IMG/VR virus record: IMGVR_UViG_3300011115_000623
Span: 1-54,332 of that record
DNA: 54,332 nt
Strand: one strand, 5' to 3'
Origin: a virus
Taxonomy: Duplodnaviria; Caudoviricetes
The notes under the pieces: generated by a model
Databases searched by the model: none
Seen by the model: only the letters and a program-made list of their open reading frames with translations
Told to the model about the DNA's origin: nothing
Translations under genes and position numbers: made by a program
Shown here: positions 16,761-25,041 of the stretch, in pieces
Layout of the letters: every line of letters begins with the position of its first letter
Position numbering within the stretch: the stretch's first letter is position 1

Positions 16761-19123
16761 TGTTCGCCAGCAAAGACGTATCCATTAGCGCCCGGGCTAC
16801 ATACCCTGTTGCGCGGTCTGTGCGCTTTCGCAGCAGTGCAAGTGCATATTTAAGTAAAACCCCTGCGGCTGCTGGAAACACAACAACCTACACCTACTCG
16901 GTTTGGGCAAAACGTGGTTCTTTGAGTTCAAATCAATACTTGTTTTGGGGTGGCAACAACTGCAATTTTGGTTTTGGTTTGACTGGAGCGGATGACCTTA
17001 GTGGTAATTTGCGAGGTACTGGAGCCACCAATTACTTCTGGAATACGGTGGGTGTTTTCCGTGACCCTTCTGCTTGGTATCATGTTGTTTTGGCAGTTGA
17101 CACCACTCAGGCTACAGACACCAATCGATTAAAGCTGTATGTGAATGGCATTCAGCAAACCCTATCTGCTAGTTATTGTCCGCAAAACACGGCGCAGTTA
17201 AGCACTGCCCAAAGAAACATTGGTTCTGAGAGTGGACGGTATTACTTTGATGGCTACCTTGCAGAAGTCAACTTCATTGACGGCCAGCAACTGACCCCAT
17301 CCAGCTTTGGCGCGTTCAACATCTACGGCGTGTGGCAACCAGCCAAGTACCAAGGCACATACGGCACGAATGGGTTCTACCTCAAGTTCGATAGCTACGC
17401 CACCGCTGCTGCGCTTGGCACCGACTCCAGCGGCAACAGCAATACCTGGACGGTGAACAACATCAGCGTGACTGCTGGAGCCACCTACGATGCCATGACG
17501 GATGTGCCCACGCTGACTGGCTTGGGCGCAGCGAACTACTCCGTAATGAACCCGCTTTCTTTTGATGAATCTGCATATAGAACAATCACTGATGCAAATT
17601 TAACTGTTTCTTTTACTGCCACTGGTAATACATCATTTGTTCCGGGAACTATATATGCCACAACTGGCAAATGGTATGCAGAATTTGTGTGGAATGGTAC
17701 AGGCAACTTAACTCAAGCCGCTGTTGGAATTTCCACATCAAATTATCATAGTTATTATTTGGGAAATAGTTCTACCAACGGTACATCATATGCATATCGA
17801 GCGAACGGTAACAAAATTGGAAACGGCAGCGCACAAACAGCTTATGGCGCAACTTACACTACAGGTGATGTTATAGGTGTTGCGTTTGATGCTGATGCTG
17901 GCACATTGGAATTTTATAAAAACAATACTTCGCAAGGCGTTGCATACACTGGCTTAACTGGTCTGACTTCTACTTTTGCAGTAGGCGCTTTTGGTAGTTG
18001 TTCTGTTGCTTGCAACTTCGGTCAACGCCCATTCACCTACACCCCGCCCACTGGCTTTGTTGCGCTGAACACTTTCAGCCTGTCCGCTCCTCCGATACCA
18101 AACGGAGCTACTGTGATGGCAGCTACGACCTACACGGGCGACGGAACTGCAAACCGTGTTATTTCTGGATTGAGTTTTACACCAGACTTTATTTGGATTA
18201 AAAATAGAAGTAGTACATGGGACAACATACTTGGAAATTATTTAGTCGTTGCTGGAACTAACACCCCTATTACGCTAGTGTCAAATAGCACCGCCGCTCA
18301 AGTAGATGGCGGGTACATTGGAACTCAAACAACGAATTCATTAAAATTGGCAACAAGCGCAGGTGAAAATCGAACTAACGGAAATACTCTTACTTATGTT
18401 GCGTGGTCTTGGGCAGCCAACGGCGCAGGCGTATCCAATACCAGCGGCTCTATCACCAGCACGGTGAGCGCAGGGACTACGCAGGGGTTTAGCGTGGTGA
18501 CCTACACGGGCACGGGTGCTAATGCTACGGTGGGGCATGGGCTGGGTGTTGCTCCGAGCATGATTATTGTGAAAGCAAGGTCGTTCGCTGGGGCAGATTG
18601 GAATGTTTATCATTCTTCAACAGGCAACACTGGAAGATTGTTTTTAGATACGACTGCTGCTTTTCAAACAGTTGCTGTTTGGAATAACACATCACCAACA
18701 TCTTCTGTATTTACAGTTGGTGGTGCTTATAGCGATGTTAATTCAAATACTCAAACCTACGTCGCCTACTGTTTTGCCGCAGTAGCAGGGTACAGCGCGT
18801 TCGGTAGCTACACAGGCAACGGCTCTACCGATGGGCCGTTTGTGTACCTTGGATTTCGCCCACGCTTTACGCTTATAAAGCGCACAGACGCAATAGCAAA
18901 CTGGCGTATTCACGATACTGCCCGCGACACCTATAACGTGGCGTCGAAAACTTTGTATCCCAACTTGTCAAACGCAGAAACATCTGCGGCAAGCGAGTAT
19001 TGGGACATATTGAGCAACGGAATTAAGTTGCGTACTTCAGATGCTGAATCAAACGCCAGCGGTGGCACATACATCTATGCCTGCTTCGCCGAAAACCCAT
19101 TCAAATATTCTTTAGCAAGGTAA
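16760..19123 (+). CDS. Tail/adhesion protein with LamG/ConA-like and SPRY-like domains
   Basis: RDPSAWYHVV..DTTQ, GKWYAE, GDVIGVAFDADAG, YTGNGS..G, YACFAENPFK motifs. Confidence 0.85.
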   Translation: MFASKDVSISARATYPVARSVRFRSSASAYLSKTPAAAGNTTTYTYSVWAKRGSLSSNQYLFWGGNNCNFGFGLTGADDLSGNLRGTGATNYFWNTVGVFRDPSAWYHVVLAVDTTQATDTNRLKLYVNGIQQTLSASYCPQNTAQLSTAQRNIGSESGRYYFDGYLAEVNFIDGQQLTPSSFGAFNIYGVWQPAKYQGTYGTNGFYLKFDSYATAAALGTDSSGNSNTWTVNNISVTAGATYDAMTDVPTLTGLGAANYSVMNPLSFDESAYRTITDANLTVSFTATGNTSFVPGTIYATTGKWYAEFVWNGTGNLTQAAVGISTSNYHSYYLGNSSTNGTSYAYRANGNKIGNGSAQTAYGATYTTGDVIGVAFDADAGTLEFYKNNTSQGVAYTGLTGLTSTFAVGAFGSCSVACNFGQRPFTYTPPTGFVALNTFSLSAPPIPNGATVMAATTYTGDGTANRVISGLSFTPDFIWIKNRSSTWDNILGNYLVVAGTNTPITLVSNSTAAQVDGGYIGTQTTNSLKLATSAGENRTNGNTLTYVAWSWAANGAGVSNTSGSITSTVSAGTTQGFSVVTYTGTGANATVGHGLGVAPSMIIVKARSFAGADWNVYHSSTGNTGRLFLDTTAAFQTVAVWNNTSPTSSVFTVGGAYSDVNSNTQTYVAYCFAAVAGYSAFGSYTGNGSTDGPFVYLGFRPRFTLIKRTDAIANWRIHDTARDTYNVASKTLYPNLSNAETSAASEYWDILSNGIKLRTSDAESNASGGTYIYACFAENPFKYSLAR

Positions 19124-19126
19124 ATC

Positions 19127-19342
19127 ATGGAAGACACCCACGAATTAGCTACCGACACCGACAAGCGCCTGAGCGTCCATGAGGCGGTTTGCGCCCAGCG
19201 GTACGAAGGCATACAGACCAGCTTTGCCAAAGGCGACAAACGCATGACCAAGATCGAGTACCTGCTGTACATCGTCATCGTGGCTGTGCTACTTGGGCCA
19301 GGCGTGGCTGCGGAACTCGGCAAAAAGTTGCTGGGGCTATAG
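19127..19342 (+). CDS. Small membrane protein in lysis region (HEAVCAQRY coiled coil + C-terminal TM)
   Basis: Hydrophobic YLLYIVIVAVLLG segment. Confidence 0.75.
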   Translation: MEDTHELATDTDKRLSVHEAVCAQRYEGIQTSFAKGDKRMTKIEYLLYIVIVAVLLGPGVAAELGKKLLGL

Positions 19343-19504
19343 GTGATCGACCAGCTTGCGTCTGCCGATAGCCCCTGGCCAAACACCGAAACAAAAACGG
19401 TCCTGGTCTGCCGGATGCCCAAGAAAGATGACAAGTTGAGCGCGAATGAATTTGTGGACAAAGACGGGCGCGTCTGTCGCTGGGTCGTGGTGAACAAAAA
19501 ATGA
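19343..19504 (+). CDS. 53-aa hypothetical protein (MIDQLASADSPWPNTETK...; not in ORF track)
   Basis: GTG directly after the previous stop; ATGA overlap with next gene. Confidence 0.6.
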   Translation: MIDQLASADSPWPNTETKTVLVCRMPKKDDKLSANEFVDKDGRVCRWVVVNKK

Positions 19505-19968
19505 TCGACCCCTTCACCGCGTTTGCCGCCGCGCAAGCAGCGGTGAAAGGAATCCAAGCAGCCATCAAGCTGGGCAAAGATGTCCAGGGTATCGCGGCTG
19601 ATTTGGGCAAATTCTTTGAGGCTAAAGATGTTGTTCAGCAGGCTGCGAACAACCCCAAAAAATTCAAGAGCGATACCGCCCAGGCCCTGGAAACGGTTAT
19701 GCAGGCCAAGCAGCTTGCAGATGCAGAGACCGAGCTGAAGAACATGCTGATCTGGTCCGGCAACGCCGACGTATGGGAAGGCGTGCTGCTGGAGCGCAAC
19801 AACATCATCCAGCGGCGCAAGAAGGCAGAGATGGAAGCGGCCGCTGCCAAAGCCAAACGCAAAAAGGAAATCATGGAAGCCGTCAACATGGCTTTTTGGA
19901 TTTCCATATTTCTGTCTGCAATTGGCTTGAGTTACTTTTTCACAACCCTGTTTTTGGATAGGAGATAG
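19501..19968 (+). CDS. Coiled-coil protein with C-terminal TM (MIDPFTAFAAAQAAV...)
   Basis: Lysis region; C-terminal hydrophobic helix. Confidence 0.75.
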   Translation: MIDPFTAFAAAQAAVKGIQAAIKLGKDVQGIAADLGKFFEAKDVVQQAANNPKKFKSDTAQALETVMQAKQLADAETELKNMLIWSGNADVWEGVLLERNNIIQRRKKAEMEAAAAKAKRKKEIMEAVNMAFWISIFLSAIGLSYFFTTLFLDRR

Positions 19969-19970
19969 CT

Positions 19971-20465
19971 ATGTTCGACATACTGACCGGCGGTATTTTT
20001 GGCTCCCTGCTAGGGGGCATCTTTCGCTTGGCACCCGAGGTGCTCAAGTGGGTGGACAAAAAAGACGAGCGCGCGCATGAGCTGAAGATGTTCGAGCAGC
20101 AGTGCGCACTGGAAGCCCAGCGCGGCCAGCAGAAAATGGCCGAGATCGGGGCCCAGCGCGAAGCGTCCATCGACACTGGGGTCGTCCAGGCGTTCAACAG
20201 CGCCGTGGAGCAGCAAACGGAGATGGCCAAGGCCGCAGGCGGCTGGGCTGCCAGTCTGTCCGCCAGCGTCCGTCCCGTGGTCACCTACTGGATTCTGGCC
20301 TTGTGGAGCTTCGTGCATCTGTGGTTTGCCTGGAATTCGTATATCACTGGCGCGTCACCCGACGTGGTGTTCAAGATGATGATGTCGGCTGACTTCGCTG
20401 CCTTGGTCAGCGGCACGCTGAACTACTGGTTCCTGGATCGCACCCTGGCTAAGCGCGGGCTATGA
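19971..20465 (+). CDS. Holin-like membrane protein
   Basis: SASVRPVVTY, hydrophobic segments, YWFLDRTL; directly upstream of endolysin. Confidence 0.7.
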   Translation: MFDILTGGIFGSLLGGIFRLAPEVLKWVDKKDERAHELKMFEQQCALEAQRGQQKMAEIGAQREASIDTGVVQAFNSAVEQQTEMAKAAGGWAASLSASVRPVVTYWILALWSFVHLWFAWNSYITGASPDVVFKMMMSADFAALVSGTLNYWFLDRTLAKRGL

Positions 20466-20905
20466 ACCTGGACCTGGCCACGGCCCTGTGTAAGCAGTTT
20501 GAGGGCTTCAAGTCGAAGCCGTATCTCTGCCCGGCAGGCATCCCCACCATCGGGTACGGGTCGACCTATTACTCGGACGGGCGCAAGGTCACTTTGGCCG
20601 ACGCGCCCATCAGTGAGCCTGATGCGGCCGCCCTGCTGCGTTACGAGCTTGAGCATACCTACCTGCCAGGCGCTTTGCGGAACTGCCCAATTTTGGCCAC
20701 GGATGAGCGCAAGGCCAATGCCATTGTGGATTTTTGCTACAACTTGGGCATCGGCCGACTTCAGACCAGCACGCTGAAGCGCAAGATCAACGCCCAGGAT
20801 TGGGAGGGCGCGCAGGAGCAACTTATGTTGTGGACCAAAGGCGGCGGGCGGGTTTTGCCCGGCCTGGAGAAGCGGCGAAAAGCCGAGTGCGCGCTACTGG
20901 CGTGA
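20462..20905 (+). CDS. Endolysin, GH24 lysozyme
   Basis: FEG...PYLCPAGIPTIGYGST, FCYNLG, LPGLEKRRKAE. Confidence 0.95.
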   Translation: MNLDLATALCKQFEGFKSKPYLCPAGIPTIGYGSTYYSDGRKVTLADAPISEPDAAALLRYELEHTYLPGALRNCPILATDERKANAIVDFCYNLGIGRLQTSTLKRKINAQDWEGAQEQLMLWTKGGGRVLPGLEKRRKAECALLA

Positions 20906-20950
20906 CAACCTATTTTGACGTAAAATATTTGCGGGGGCAGTGCGCCCGCA

Positions 20951-20974
20951 AAAAGCCGCTGCAAAGCGGCTTTT
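20951..20974 (+). terminator. Intrinsic terminator/attenuator before ejection-protein block
   Basis: AAAAGCCGCT-GCAA-AGCGGCTTTT. Confidence 0.7.
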
Positions 20975-20992
20975 CACTTTGTGGAGCAAACC

Positions 20993-22006
20993 ATGGCGAC
21001 GACCAATCCTTTTGACATCACGGCGACCAGTACCGGCCAAACTGCCGCCCTGGACACAGCCGCGCCTGGCGGCTTGACTCCCGCGCCCAACACCGTCACG
21101 TCTCTGACGCCCAACAACGGCACAACCGCCGCGCAGTACACACCCCAGCTCAGCGCCGTCGACGCAAACAAAGAGACCACCGCTGGCCAGCTCCAGGGCA
21201 TCATCGCCGAGGACAGCCCGCTCATGCAGCAGGCACGCGCGCAGGCGAAGCAGGGCATGGCTCAGCGCGGCCTGATTAACAGCTCCATGTCTCAAGGCGC
21301 TGGCGTCGCGGCCATGTTGGAGCGGGCTACGCCCATCGCGGCATCCGACGCTGCCACCTACAGCAACCGGGCCTTGGCCAACCAGAACGCAACTAACACG
21401 GGTGGCCAATTTAACGCCGCTCAGCAAAACCAGTTTGGTCTCCAGACCGGCCAGCAAACTTTTGCTGCCACCCAGGCTGAAAAGGACCGCGCTCAGCAAA
21501 CCGCTTTGCAGACCGGCCAGCAAACCTTTACCGCCAGCCAAAACACGATCCAGAACGAATTTAACGCCCGTCAGGCAGAGCTGCAACGCCAAGGTCAGTC
21601 CGACCTTCAAGCCAAACAGCTCGCCACTACTGAAGCCCTGGCCAAGCTGCAAGAGGCTGGCGTCACCAACCGGTTTGACAAAGAACTGGCTCTCAAGAGC
21701 AGCCAGTTCAACATCGAGCAAAACAACTTGGATCGGCGTCAGCTTATCGAAAACCAAGCAAAGATGGACGCAATTGGTTTGCAGATCAAAGCGAATCGGG
21801 ACAACATTCCGACCACATTTGCCGCAAACATCAGCAACACCACGATGGCCGGTGTGGACGCAATCATCGCCGATGGCACTTTGAACGCCGCCGCCAAACA
21901 AGCTGCAATCAACAACCTGGTCACTTATGCCAACAGCCAAATTGATTGGGCAGTCAAGTTTTACGGCACAACGATCCCGCCCATTACCGCGCCAGTACAG
22001 AAATGA
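20993..22006 (+). CDS. Probable ejection/internal virion protein (Q/A-rich)
   Basis: GGAG RBS; AQRGLINSS motif; helical low-complexity composition. Confidence 0.7.
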   Translation: MATTNPFDITATSTGQTAALDTAAPGGLTPAPNTVTSLTPNNGTTAAQYTPQLSAVDANKETTAGQLQGIIAEDSPLMQQARAQAKQGMAQRGLINSSMSQGAGVAAMLERATPIAASDAATYSNRALANQNATNTGGQFNAAQQNQFGLQTGQQTFAATQAEKDRAQQTALQTGQQTFTASQNTIQNEFNARQAELQRQGQSDLQAKQLATTEALAKLQEAGVTNRFDKELALKSSQFNIEQNNLDRRQLIENQAKMDAIGLQIKANRDNIPTTFAANISNTTMAGVDAIIADGTLNAAAKQAAINNLVTYANSQIDWAVKFYGTTIPPITAPVQK

Positions 22007-22452
22007 TTTACCGCAAAGCCACACCTGCGGACGTGCCAGCGATTGTCGAGATTGCGGTCGTGTCCGTGTCCAACGACCCGATCCCAGTCAAGATCGACAA
22101 GGACGGCATGACAGCAGCGGCCAAGCTGTGCTTGAACCCGGCCCACTTCATGTGGGTCGCAGAGGACAAAGACGGCAAGGTCGTTGCTGCGTTCGCGGCG
22201 TGCGTGCAAAAGGGGTTTTGGTTTGAGCGCATGCAGTGCTCAGTCCTGTTGTACTACACGCTGGTGAAGGGCGCTGGCTTGCAACTGATCCGCGAGTTTG
22301 CCAGGTGGGTGAAGAGCAGGCCGGGGATCAAGATGGCGATCTTTTCATTGGAGCCAGGGGTCGATGACCGCCTGGTGAAGTTTCTCAAACGACTTGGCTT
22401 TTCGCGTGAAACAAGGCAGGTCAGTTACATCTTAGGAGTCACGTATGGCTAA
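22003..22452 (+). CDS. GNAT-fold-like protein among internal virion genes
   Basis: YRKATPADVPAIV N-terminus, GAGLQLI, FLKRLGF; ATGA coupling. Confidence 0.7.
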   Translation: MIYRKATPADVPAIVEIAVVSVSNDPIPVKIDKDGMTAAAKLCLNPAHFMWVAEDKDGKVVAAFAACVQKGFWFERMQCSVLLYYTLVKGAGLQLIREFARWVKSRPGIKMAIFSLEPGVDDRLVKFLKRLGFSRETRQVSYILGVTYG

Positions 22453-23368
22453 AGAAGTCGGTCAAGTATTTGGCGGTATCGGCGACGCCGTAAATGGTGT
22501 TTTGAAAGGTGTCGGCGACGTTGTTGATGGCGCTGTCAAAGGCGTCGGCACTCTTGCCAAACAGATATGGGACTCCGATGTGGGCAAAGCCATCATCATC
22601 GCTGGCGCGATCTACTTCGGAGGTGCGGCCCTGGCAGGGGGCTTTGGCAGTGCCGGTGCCGGGGGGAGTTTTCTATCAGGCATGGGTACCGGCGTAGCGA
22701 GTGCAGCCGACTCCATGGCTGCGGCTTGGGCCGACAGTAACTGGGGTCCTTTAGCCAACGCCTGGGGCACCGCCGCCGACGGTGGCGCGAACGCCGCCAG
22801 GTTTGTCGCAGGAGACCTGGGTACCGCCGGGGCAAACACGGCGGCCTTGTCGCAAGGTAACGTAGCCGCTATGGACGCCGCCGCTCCTACGGCAACGGTC
22901 GCCGCGCCGCCGCCTCCTGTGGTAGCCGCCCCCGGTGCCAGCACGGTGGGCAATTACTCATTGGGCAACGCCTCGGTGCCGCAAATTACTCAGGCGGGCG
23001 CTTCTCTGCCTCCGGTAGACCAGCCCTGGTACTCAAAGGCGCTTGACTATGTCACTCCCAAAAGCGAGCTGGCTAAGTACGGTTTGATCAGCGGAGCAAC
23101 TCAGCTTGTTGGCGGTTTGATTCAAGGCGCTGGCCAAGACCAGGCGGCGCGAGAGCAGCGCGAGTACGAGGCCGAGCAATTGAGAAAAGCTCAAGATTTG
23201 CGCAACGCAAACGTGGGTGCCGATTTATTTGCTCCGGGTCAGTACGCTGCGCCAACGCCTGCCCCGATTCAACCGACGGGCCTGGCTCGGCGTTACATGC
23301 CCAGCTACACGCCGATGTATGGCCAACTGCCGCCCGGTTATGGCGCTGTTCGGCCGGTGATGGGTTAA
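22445..23368 (+). CDS. Probable ejection protein (Gly/Ala-rich, hydrophobic segment)
   Basis: AGGAG RBS; AIIIAGAIYFGGAALAGG. Confidence 0.7.
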   Translation: MAKEVGQVFGGIGDAVNGVLKGVGDVVDGAVKGVGTLAKQIWDSDVGKAIIIAGAIYFGGAALAGGFGSAGAGGSFLSGMGTGVASAADSMAAAWADSNWGPLANAWGTAADGGANAARFVAGDLGTAGANTAALSQGNVAAMDAAAPTATVAAPPPPVVAAPGASTVGNYSLGNASVPQITQAGASLPPVDQPWYSKALDYVTPKSELAKYGLISGATQLVGGLIQGAGQDQAAREQREYEAEQLRKAQDLRNANVGADLFAPGQYAAPTPAPIQPTGLARRYMPSYTPMYGQLPPGYGAVRPVMG

Positions 23369-23378
23369 GGAGTCAACG

Positions 23379-23798
23379 ATGATCAAAAAACAAATTCCTG
23401 GCGGGAACGAGGACAACCCGTATTTTGTCCAAGCGATGAAGTACGCGCTTCAAGTTTTGTATGAAAAAGGCGCTGCCAAAGACGTTGCTCAACAAGTCCG
23501 CGCCGGGCAAGACAAGGTCGACGCCATGGCCAACATTGCGTATGAGATCACGTCCACAGTCGATGAACGCACAGACGGCAAGGTGCCGCGTGAGCTGATC
23601 GCCTTGCTTGCCATGGCAATCTTGAAAGAGGTCATCGACATCGCCAAAGCGGCCAACGTGGACTCTTCGCCCCTGGATGCAGCCAACGCATTTAAGACGA
23701 TGTTGCTTCGCTACCTGGGCGAAAACGGCGTGGAGACATCCAAGTTGCAACAAGCAATGGACCAGGTTGATCCCTCGGTCTTTACCCAAGGAGCTTAA
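23379..23798 (+). CDS. Hypothetical helical protein
   Basis: AAGGAG RBS. Confidence 0.8.
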   Translation: MIKKQIPGGNEDNPYFVQAMKYALQVLYEKGAAKDVAQQVRAGQDKVDAMANIAYEITSTVDERTDGKVPRELIALLAMAILKEVIDIAKAANVDSSPLDAANAFKTMLLRYLGENGVETSKLQQAMDQVDPSVFTQGA

Positions 23799-23800
23799 CC

Positions 23801-25039
23801 ATGGCCGGATTGATCTGGGCCGGTATCGGCCAGGGGATTGCCAACGCTGGCGCAACAGCGGCCAACATCGGCGTGCGTGACTACGAGATGCGCGAAGCCG
23901 CGCGCTTGCGGCGCGAAGACAAGGAAGAAGATCGCGCTTGGCGTGAAGAGCAAAAAGACATTGACCGTGATCGCCAGGATGAGCGCGACAAGCTCTACCG
24001 CAAAACCGTTGAGCAGCAGATCGCTGCCGGTAAAGGCAGCGGCGGGATGAAGGGTGTCGACCCGGCGGACATTGCGCCAGGTGGTAGATTGGCCCACCTT
24101 ATTGCGGGTGAGGCGGGCATGACCGCACCCGACTACGAAAAGCAAATTAACGCCATGAAGACCGGCGATATGTCGGGTTATGAAACTATCGTTGGCGCTA
24201 GAGCTGGCGAAGAAGGCCCAACCCCAATCAAAGCCTTACCCGAAGGATTCAAAAAAGAATTTGATGCAAAAGCCAAGATGCTTAGCCAGTTGGCCATGAC
24301 CTACGTGACGGGCAGCGAGGCAAAGGGCATCGCTGAAGCAAAGCAAATCGGTTTGGTCACCAACGCCATGGAAGGTGCTCAAGCAGGCGGCGATGTCACA
24401 AAAGCAGCTCAGCTTGCCGCAATCAGCAAGGGACATGTTCCATACGCAGGCGACTCCAACGTGACGCGCAACGTGTTGACTGGAGACACATCAACCACCG
24501 CCGTGGGCACCGCGACGATTAGCGAGAAAGGCGCTTTGGCAAAACAAGCCGAAGCAGGCGCAACGGAAAACGCAGCGCAAGCTAAAGCCGCCGACGCCCT
24601 GGCTGACAAGCACAAAGAAGAAATCACCAAGATCAGAGAAGACGTCAAGAAAATCCAAGCCGAAATTCCTGAAGTTAACGCGAGAACGAAAAAGATTCAA
24701 GCTGAAACTGGCCAGGTTGGGAAAGACGGCGGCAACGACAAAACGCAAGAGCGCCTTAGCACAGTCATCAATTCTGCGAATGCGACTTTGAAATCGCTTG
24801 AAGATAACGGCCCTGGAAAAACGCCCGAGTCCAAAGCACTCTGGGAACGCCAACGCGCTGATGCCATCGCCTTGCGTGATCAAGCAATCAGTTTGCAAAA
24901 GGAAGCCCTGGGCGCTCGCGGTACGCCACCGGCAGCGGATACGAGCGGACGTAAAGTGGGCGATACTCAAATTGTCCAAGCTGGACCAAACAAAGGCAAG
25001 ACCGCTGTTTGGGATGGCAAAGGCTGGAAGCTCCAATAA
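23801..25039 (+). CDS. Probable ejection protein (charged coiled coil, C-terminal WDGKGW)
   Basis: AAGGAG RBS; composition and position. Confidence 0.75.
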   Translation: MAGLIWAGIGQGIANAGATAANIGVRDYEMREAARLRREDKEEDRAWREEQKDIDRDRQDERDKLYRKTVEQQIAAGKGSGGMKGVDPADIAPGGRLAHLIAGEAGMTAPDYEKQINAMKTGDMSGYETIVGARAGEEGPTPIKALPEGFKKEFDAKAKMLSQLAMTYVTGSEAKGIAEAKQIGLVTNAMEGAQAGGDVTKAAQLAAISKGHVPYAGDSNVTRNVLTGDTSTTAVGTATISEKGALAKQAEAGATENAAQAKAADALADKHKEEITKIREDVKKIQAEIPEVNARTKKIQAETGQVGKDGGNDKTQERLSTVINSANATLKSLEDNGPGKTPESKALWERQRADAIALRDQAISLQKEALGARGTPPAADTSGRKVGDTQIVQAGPNKGKTAVWDGKGWKLQ

Positions 25040-25041
25040 CT

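Noticed and set aside
13088-19123. Diversity-generating retroelement acting on tail fibres
   Set aside because: I saw no reverse transcriptase and no template/variable repeat pair differing at adenines.
25009-25041. ORF-track start of giant protein 1 at 25009
   Set aside because: ATG 25042, two bases after the upstream stop, fits operon coupling better.
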